Shown here: positions 57,521 to 64,000 of the stretch, in pieces
Position numbering within the stretch: the first letter of the stretch is position 1
How the letters are laid out: each line of letters opens with the position of its first letter
From: a bacterium
Lineage (GTDB): Bacteria > Zhuqueibacterota > Zhuqueibacteria > Residuimicrobiales > Krinioviventaceae
Assembly: GCA_963675755.2 (NCBI GenBank)
Contig: CAXXMD010000003.1
Span: 2,336,001 to 2,400,000 of the forward strand
Direction: 5' to 3'
DNA length: 64,000 nt
Made by a program: the position numbers and the translations under genes
Notes under the pieces: generated by a model
Databases searched by the model: none
What the model saw: only the letters and a program-made list of their open reading frames with translations
Told to the model about the DNA's origin: nothing

Positions 57521-58822
57521 ATGCGAAGAAACATTGTTCATGAAGGGTCAGGGCAGCTAACTTACGAGATACGTGAGATTGTCGAAGTCGGTATGCAGTT
57601 GAAGCAGAAGGGACTGGATATCGTCTGGGAGAACATTGGTGATCCCATTCAAAAAGGCGAAAAGCTGCCGGACTGGATCAAAGAAATCATTGGAGATTTG
57701 GTTGCGCAAGAGCGCACCTATGGTTATGTACATACCAAAGGTGTTCCCGAAGCGCGAGCGTTTTTGGCGGAAAAGGTCAATGAACGCGGCGGCTGCCAGG
57801 TAACTATTGATGATATCGTTTTCTTTAACGGTCTTGGCGACGCGGTTGCCAAAGTGTTCGGTTTCCTGAAACGCGAGGCGCGGGTGATTGGCCCATCCCC
57901 GGCATATTCCACGCATTCTTCTGCGGAAGCGGCGCACTCTGGTTATGAGCATTTGACCTACGAGCTGGACCCAATGATGAACTGGATGCCGGACCTGGAC
58001 GATCTGGAAAACAAGGTCAAATATAACGATTCTATTGCCGGTATGTTGATTATCAATCCTGATAATCCCACCGGTTCGGTATATCCCAAAGAATTTTTGG
58101 CGCGAATGGTAGATATTGCCCGTCGTTACCGCTTGTTTGTGGTTTGTGACGAAATCTATGCGCATATTATATATAACGGTGCCAAATCCGCACATCTCAG
58201 CGAAGTGATAGGTGATGTGCCCGGTATAGCGTTACGCGGTATTTCCAAAGAATACCCCTGGCCCGGCTCGCGTTGCGGCTGGATTGAGGTGTTTAACCAG
58301 CACAAGTATCCGGATTTCGAGATGTATGTAAACAGTCTGGTCAGTGCCAAGATGCTTGAAGTGTGCTCTACCAGTCTGCCGCAGTACTCGATTCCCAAGG
58401 TGATGGGCGATCCCCGGTATCTGGACCATTTGGAAACACGAAAAAAAATGTTTGAAAAACGGGTGAATGAAGCGTTTGAGATCTTTTCTGAAGTAGAGGG
58501 CGTTTATGTAACACGTCCCCAGGGTGCGTTCTATATGACCGTATTGTTTGACAATGGCAGTCTGAACCAAAAACAAACTTTGCCGATCCCTGATGCAGAT
58601 ATTCGCAGTTTTATTGAAGATAAAGTGGATGGTGTGGCACCGGACAAACGGTTTGTTTATTATCTGCTCGCATCCAAAGGGATCTGTGTTGTACCGTTAA
58701 CCGGATTTTGCTGCACACGTCATGGTTTCCGTATTACTATGCTGGAATGCGATGATGAAAAACGCCGCAACACCTGGCTGACCATTGCGGAAAGCATTAA
58801 AGAATATCTCGCTTCGGCGTAA
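57521..58822 (+). CDS. PLP-dependent aminotransferase class I/II (AlaA-like)
   Basis: NIGDP, INPDNPTG, CDEIY, GISKEYPWPGSRCGW. Confidence 0.92.
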   Translation: MRRNIVHEGSGQLTYEIREIVEVGMQLKQKGLDIVWENIGDPIQKGEKLPDWIKEIIGDLVAQERTYGYVHTKGVPEARAFLAEKVNERGGCQVTIDDIVFFNGLGDAVAKVFGFLKREARVIGPSPAYSTHSSAEAAHSGYEHLTYELDPMMNWMPDLDDLENKVKYNDSIAGMLIINPDNPTGSVYPKEFLARMVDIARRYRLFVVCDEIYAHIIYNGAKSAHLSEVIGDVPGIALRGISKEYPWPGSRCGWIEVFNQHKYPDFEMYVNSLVSAKMLEVCSTSLPQYSIPKVMGDPRYLDHLETRKKMFEKRVNEAFEIFSEVEGVYVTRPQGAFYMTVLFDNGSLNQKQTLPIPDADIRSFIEDKVDGVAPDKRFVYYLLASKGICVVPLTGFCCTRHGFRITMLECDDEKRRNTWLTIAESIKEYLASA

Positions 58823-58845
58823 ATATATTGTAATGATAAAATTTC

Positions 58846-58881
58846 AGCCCGCTTTCTGATTTTAGAGAGCGGGCTTTATTG
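58846..58881 (+). terminator. Putative intrinsic terminator
   Basis: AGCCCGCTTTCT-loop-AGAGAGCGGGCT followed by TTATTG. Confidence 0.65.
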
Positions 58882-58951
58882 TTTCTATTAAAATATTATT
58901 GTTTATTTTAAACTATCTTTTTCTTATAATTGAAAAAATAAAGGGGAGACT

Positions 58952-61006
58952 ATGTGCCACATCAATTATAGTGAATTTGTAAAAAGATACTTTCAAGAGG
59001 GAAAATATCGACAAAACAGACCATTAACGGCTAAAAATTTTATTGATTATTGTAAAACATGTGGTATTTCAACATCTTTAGATGAATTAGAATTATTGGA
59101 GAAAAATAAATTGTTTTTTCCAATTTTTAGGATAGAAAGACCTATATGTGAAGAGGGTAATCAGAAATATTATTCTGATTATAGTTTTGATGAGTTTGGA
59201 TCAGATTTATTGATAAATTGGATTGAAAATAAACTGATTTATTCTCCACAATCCCACAATTTTAAATCTTGGGATAACTTTTATGGTCCAGATCTATCGA
59301 ATGGCAATGAAAAAATTGTTTCCTATTATTCTTCATTTCAGATATACATTTTATATAAGATAAAAGAACAAGTGATAAAAAGAATCGATTTGTTATTTAA
59401 AAATATAGACTTAGGTCCTTTTACAATTACTTTAATAGACAGAAAACCAAATATAGAATATAACCTTTCAATAAAGTATCAATGGGATAAAAAAGACGAG
59501 TTTCATTATTCTTTTAATGAAATTCGTAAATGGAGTAAAAGTTATGAATTAATAGCTCAAATATTAAAGAAAGAGTACTCGTTTGGAATAAGAAAGCAAA
59601 GAACTCAAATTGAAATTGAAAAGTTTGAAAAATTTTTATATTTCATGTTAGATATTCAAAATATTTTTTTCCCTTATACTAAAAGCAACAATCGAAAGTT
59701 TTCAATCTCGGGCACTATTAAAGAGTGGAATAAAGATAGACATGATTTTAATGCAAGTAATGTACTTAAAATACATGATATTAAGATTGATTTTGTTATA
59801 GACTGGTATATCAAGCTTTCATGGGAGTCTTGTTCTATTTTAGGTTCATATAGTCATGATTGGCCACAGTTATGGAAGAACATAAAATGGGGAAAGAAAA
59901 AAGAATTGAAAGGAGAGATTAGAAGAGGTTTAGAGCTTTTTGGTTGGGCGAATATGCTAAGAAAGTTTTTGGTGGAATATTATGGTCAAGATATTCTTGA
60001 TATAGATGAAGTTCAGGCTATTTCTACAAGTGCCTTTTTAAAAATTGTTAATGATGGTCAAAAAATTACAACAACACGAGACTTCAGGCTCAAAAGATAT
60101 AATGATGAAGTAAAAGGTATCAATTACTATAATGATAAATATAAGCGACTTTTCTATTTAGCAAACGATTTTGGTATCGAATATCAACCCAGAATTATAT
60201 TGTTTGTTGAAGGAATTATTGAAACGATTGTAATTCCAAAATTATATGAATGGTATACTGGAGATACTTTAGAGAATATTGGAATAGAAATTGTGTGTTT
60301 TGAAGGAGTTGATAAATTGCTGTCTACATCAGAAACAGCAAGAAAATTAAGAAATTTAATTATTGATTTACAACGAGAGGAAAAAGAAGCAATCCTTTCA
60401 AAAACAAAACATGGAAATCTAAATGAAATTATTCGAAAATTGGAAAATATAGATATTATTATATCAAACTGGACATCTTTTATTAATTACAATTTAGAAA
60501 AATGGCAGATGATACCATATTTTTTGTCAGATAATGAAGGAAATGTTAAAAGATTTTTAACTACTGAAAAACCTATTAGATATTGTGGTGAGAATTACAA
60601 TGTTCCATCAAAATGGCAATTTCTTTGGGGAATTAATAATGAAAATCAACCATTTAAAGGTGATAGTTTTGAATTAGCAAATTACAGTAATGAAGAGTTA
60701 GCGTTGGTAATCTCTGAAATTTTAGATAAAAAAATTAATGAAAAAAATATTGAAGAATTAAGAGAAAATAATTCAAGCATAAATAAAATTGATGCAAAAA
60801 TCGAAGAGAACAAAAAAGAAATTAACAATAAGCTGGTTGAGGAATTGTTAAAAAAAGAGGATAAGAATATATTACAAAGACCAATTTTTAACGTTTTTAA
60901 TCAGGTTAGAGAATTAGCAATTTTTAATCATCCTCCATCAAATACTCGAACAGAAGTTTCAAATCGGGAATATATTTTAGAATTACTAAATGAAAATCAG
61001 AAATGA
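58952..61006 (+). CDS. AT-rich hypothetical protein with OLD-like TOPRIM domain and possible N-terminal HTH
   Basis: RIILFVEG..E, GIEIVCFEG, YFLSDNE, DSFE; GGGGAG RBS; much lower GC than neighbours. Confidence 0.65.
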   Translation: MCHINYSEFVKRYFQEGKYRQNRPLTAKNFIDYCKTCGISTSLDELELLEKNKLFFPIFRIERPICEEGNQKYYSDYSFDEFGSDLLINWIENKLIYSPQSHNFKSWDNFYGPDLSNGNEKIVSYYSSFQIYILYKIKEQVIKRIDLLFKNIDLGPFTITLIDRKPNIEYNLSIKYQWDKKDEFHYSFNEIRKWSKSYELIAQILKKEYSFGIRKQRTQIEIEKFEKFLYFMLDIQNIFFPYTKSNNRKFSISGTIKEWNKDRHDFNASNVLKIHDIKIDFVIDWYIKLSWESCSILGSYSHDWPQLWKNIKWGKKKELKGEIRRGLELFGWANMLRKFLVEYYGQDILDIDEVQAISTSAFLKIVNDGQKITTTRDFRLKRYNDEVKGINYYNDKYKRLFYLANDFGIEYQPRIILFVEGIIETIVIPKLYEWYTGDTLENIGIEIVCFEGVDKLLSTSETARKLRNLIIDLQREEKEAILSKTKHGNLNEIIRKLENIDIIISNWTSFINYNLEKWQMIPYFLSDNEGNVKRFLTTEKPIRYCGENYNVPSKWQFLWGINNENQPFKGDSFELANYSNEELALVISEILDKKINEKNIEELRENNSSINKIDAKIEENKKEINNKLVEELLKKEDKNILQRPIFNVFNQVRELAIFNHPPSNTRTEVSNREYILELLNENQK

Positions 61007-61012
61007 ATTCTT

Positions 61013-61624
61013 ATGAAAGATTTTTTAATTAAAATATTTGCTATATTCTTTGTTTACACAATAAATTCAAATGCACAAAATTTAATAGATTCTCCCTCCC
61101 TCTGGCAGCCCGTCGATTATCCCGGGCATGGGATTGTGACTGTGAATGACGGTACCGTTGTGCTGGGCAAAGGCGAGACTGTGACCGGCGTACGCTGGAC
61201 AGGTGTGGATCTGCCAATAGCTCAATACGAGATTACGTTTGAGGCCAAGCGCACCAGCGGTAATGATTTTTTCTGCGCGTTGACCTTTCCGGTAGATTCC
61301 AGTTTTGCCACACTGGTGCTTGGCGGTTGGCAGGGCAATGTGACGGGACTGAGCTGTATTAACGGCATAGATGCCGCACGCAATTTTACCGGTACATTTA
61401 TGAAATATGAAAACCAGCAGTGGTACTCGGTCAGGTTAGAGGTAACGGATGAGGTTGTCCGTGCCTGGGTGGATGATCGTCGTGTGGTAGATGTGTATCG
61501 AACGGATGGAAAGTTGTCTTTGCGGGATGAGATGAAGATGTTTAAGCCAATGGGATTCGCAAGCTGGAAAAGCAGCGGCGAGATACGGAACATCCGGTTA
61601 AAGGCGTTAAAAGATAGCGAGTGA
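61013..61624 (+). CDS. DUF1080 (3-keto-disaccharide hydrolase-like) beta-sandwich protein
   Basis: Signal peptide; YEITFEAKR.SGNDFFC, LVLGGW.G.VTGLSCING, WYSVRLEV. Confidence 0.75.
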   Translation: MKDFLIKIFAIFFVYTINSNAQNLIDSPSLWQPVDYPGHGIVTVNDGTVVLGKGETVTGVRWTGVDLPIAQYEITFEAKRTSGNDFFCALTFPVDSSFATLVLGGWQGNVTGLSCINGIDAARNFTGTFMKYENQQWYSVRLEVTDEVVRAWVDDRRVVDVYRTDGKLSLRDEMKMFKPMGFASWKSSGEIRNIRLKALKDSE

Positions 61625-61636
61625 TTTTAACTACAA

Positions 61637-61884
61637 ACCGCAAAGTTCGCTAAGGATACGCCGAGAACGCAGAGGGAAAAATATCCAAAATAATCGTGAC
61701 AGAGATCATCACTGTCACGATCCTGGGTTGTGCTTTTATCCGTGTTTATCTGCGTTCATCTGTGGTTAATTTCAACAGAATGAAATCAAGAGTATTAAAA
61801 ATCCTCTCACAGAGTACAAAGCCCTAGAGCAAAAGTTAATATTTTTTCTTTGCGCCCATTGCGTTTCCTTTGCGATCTCTGCGT
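61637..61884. repeat. Composite nested repeat region (four-box mirrored arms enclosing other repeat classes)
   Basis: Left boxes at 61639, 61648, 61659, 61668; right boxes at 61848, 61857, 61868, 61877; enclosed palindrome 61693-61721 and ATCYGYG triplet 61738-61764. Confidence 0.85.
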
Positions 61885-62009
61885 ATTGTCTTTTACTGCT
61901 TAAATATTAGAGCTCTTATAACAAGCGTTTTGTCTTTTCTTTTCCTTTTGCTTGATTTTTTGTGTTGAAACTGCTAATATACAATCTGAACATGTAGTTG
62001 GAGGTTGTA

Positions 62010-64000
62010 ATGAAACGTATTCTATTCCTGATTCTGGTCCCCATATTGTTATTTGCACAAAACAGTGTTGAACTGTTTCATGATGATTTTAGCGAGCTGC
62101 CACGCGGTCCTTTTTCTGTCGTCGTAGGGGCTCACACTGAATATCATTATCTGCACGAAGCTGCACCCAAGGGCAATTGGGCAGTGACCACTTTTCGGTT
62201 CAGCCCTGCAAACATGCGCGCCTGGCAGGTCCGTGATGTGAATAACGACCGCATAATGTTCCAGACATTCACCAATAAAGATACACATACCCATCCCATG
62301 ATCGTGGCGGGTGACAGCTTGTGGAAGAATTATACTGTTAAAGTTGTATTCTCACCTGAGAACAAGAACGGACAAAGCGGGATGATCTTTCGTTATCACA
62401 ATGATCGCTGTAATTATTTTTTCGGTGTGAATGGTGACAAGGCGATCCTGAAAAAAGTCAATCATGGCATTGCGTTCCGCAAAGCAAAAGAAACCATTCT
62501 AGCCGAAGCATCCTGTTCCTGGAGTGCCGGTCAATGGCTGACCGCAACTGTAACTGTTAACGGCAGCTCAATAACTGCAGAGCTGGACAATGGTGTGAAA
62601 TTGACTGCTGTTGATGATTCTTTTCCACAGGGCAAAATTGCGTTAATGTCAGATATTCCTACTCGCTATACAGAAGTTACAGTTACTTCAATAATATCCG
62701 AAAGACAGCGGATTGAAAAAACAAGCGGGAAATATACTAAAATAGAGGCGGACCTGCGGGCCGCTAATCCCAAACCGGTTGTCTGGAAAAAGATCAATAC
62801 CACCGAGTTTGGTGTGGGACGTTGTGTACGTTTTGGTGATTTGAACAATGACGGTCAGATCGATGTGTTGATCGGACAGGTTTTGAATCATGGTCACAAG
62901 GACAGAAACAGCGAACTGAGCTGTATGACAGCCATGACTTTTGACGGTGAACGCCTCTGGCAAGTCGGTGAGCAGGATCTGTGGAAAGATAATCTTACCA
63001 GTGATGTTGGTTTTCAGATCCATGATATTAATAATGATGGAAAAACCGAAGTAATATATACCCGTAATTTTGAAATTATTGTTGCTGATGGCGCAACCGG
63101 CAAAACGCTGTACAAGGCACCTACGCCGGATGTTCCCAATGGCATGTCGCCTTCAGGCGAGAATAAATTTGAAAAGATATTAGGGGATTGTATCTATTTC
63201 TGTGATCTGCGTGGCAAAGGATATGATTCGGATATTATTATCAAGGACCGGTATAAAGATCTTTGGGCCTATACGGATAAACTGGAGTTGATGTGGCATG
63301 CATCCTGTAAAACCGGGCACTATCCCTTTGCTTATGATGTTGATAATGATGGTAAGGACGAATTGGCTATTGGATACTCTTTGATTGATGATGACGGCTC
63401 GTTCATTTGGAACAAAGATGATGAGATCAATGATCATGCAGATGGTGTAGCTATCTTGCAGATGAAAGAGGGAGCGGATCCCATTTTGTTCAACTCGGCA
63501 AGCGATGAGGGAATGATTTTTATGGACCTCAAGGGTAATATCCTCAAACACCATTATCTGGGACATGTTCAGAATCCTGCTGCTGCCAATTTTAGAGATG
63601 ATCTTCCGGGATTAGAGCTGGTATCCATCAATTTCTGGGGAAATCAGGGTATAATCCATTATTATAATTCTGATGGTGAGGTATATCAGGATATAGAACC
63701 CAACCAATACGGCAGTATGTGTTTGCCTATAAACTGGACAGGCAAATCTGAAGAATTTTTTGTTCATAATCCCAATGTGGATGAAGGCGGTATGTTTGAC
63801 GGTTGGGGTCGCAAGGTCGTTGTGTTCCCGGATGACGGACACCCGGATATGTGTAATGCAGTATTGGATATTACCGGAGATTGCCGGGATGAAGTTGTGG
63901 TATGGAACCAGTATGAAATGTGGGTCTATACCCAGGATGATAATCCTAAATCCGGCAAGTTGTACAAGCCCAAACGCAATCATTTGTACAATATATCAAA
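62010..64000 (+). CDS. Secreted rhamnogalacturonan lyase (PL11)-like beta-propeller protein, 3'-truncated
   Basis: Not in the ORF track; hand translation from ATG 62010 (GGAGG RBS): MKRILFLILVPILLFAQ, GDLNNDGQID, HDINNDGKTE, TGHYP..YDVDNDGKDE, DHAD, GHVQ, DITGDCRDE; open to the window end. Confidence 0.8.
   Translation, partial: MKRILFLILVPILLFAQNSVELFHDDFSELPRGPFSVVVGAHTEYHYLHEAAPKGNWAVTTFRFSPANMRAWQVRDVNNDRIMFQTFTNKDTHTHPMIVAGDSLWKNYTVKVVFSPENKNGQSGMIFRYHNDRCNYFFGVNGDKAILKKVNHGIAFRKAKETILAEASCSWSAGQWLTATVTVNGSSITAELDNGVKLTAVDDSFPQGKIALMSDIPTRYTEVTVTSIISERQRIEKTSGKYTKIEADLRAANPKPVVWKKINTTEFGVGRCVRFGDLNNDGQIDVLIGQVLNHGHKDRNSELSCMTAMTFDGERLWQVGEQDLWKDNLTSDVGFQIHDINNDGKTEVIYTRNFEIIVADGATGKTLYKAPTPDVPNGMSPSGENKFEKILGDCIYFCDLRGKGYDSDIIIKDRYKDLWAYTDKLELMWHASCKTGHYPFAYDVDNDGKDELAIGYSLIDDDGSFIWNKDDEINDHADGVAILQMKEGADPILFNSASDEGMIFMDLKGNILKHHYLGHVQNPAAANFRDDLPGLELVSINFWGNQGIIHYYNSDGEVYQDIEPNQYGSMCLPINWTGKSEEFFVHNPNVDEGGMFDGWGRKVVVFPDDGHPDMCNAVLDITGDCRDEVVVWNQYEMWVYTQDDNPKSGKLYKPKRNHLYNIS

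Noticed and set aside
57557-58195. 212-aa antisense ORF (likewise 49602-50306, 18835-19449 and 9634-10212)
   Set aside because: Shadows of well-supported genes on the opposite strand
2800-61884. Repeats as a CRISPR or other spacer array
   Set aside because: Copies are dispersed, not regularly interspaced with unique spacers; no cas genes
62049-63983. Several minus-strand ORFs at the right end
   Set aside because: Antisense to the long plus-strand ORF starting at 62010

Overview
Bacterial chromosomal window of roughly 40% GC by eye. It most likely comes from a non-Bacteroidota FCB-group lineage such as KSB1 or Calditrichota. This is inferred from the QNYPNPFNP/FlgD-type C-terminal domains, strong Shine-Dalgarno usage and a TonB receptor without SusD. 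About 50 CDS are present, rich in secreted glycan-related enzymes (GH2, GH92, two Asp-box propellers, a PL11-like ORF running off the right end), transporters (2 MATE, NhaC, TDT, porin) and housekeeping genes (purC, FabK-like, aminotransferase). No rRNA, tRNA or CRISPR array was seen. Most notable: (1) four paralogous ~610-aa Tat-exported proteins of an unrecognised glycoside-hydrolase-like family, three in tandem and one after an ECF-sigma/FecR/TonB-receptor locus; (2) dispersed intergenic elements built of 3-4 phased heptamer boxes in mirrored arms, sitting just after stop codons and nested with a second palindrome class; (3) a nonsense-interrupted REP-associated tyrosine transposase between ~103-bp direct repeats; (4) a very AT-rich orphan HTH-TOPRIM gene, a candidate defence gene; (5) an orphan perfect anti-16S Shine-Dalgarno sequence, a variant glycogen synthase and a secreted caspase-like protease. 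All family calls come from motif recognition by eye, not database searches.
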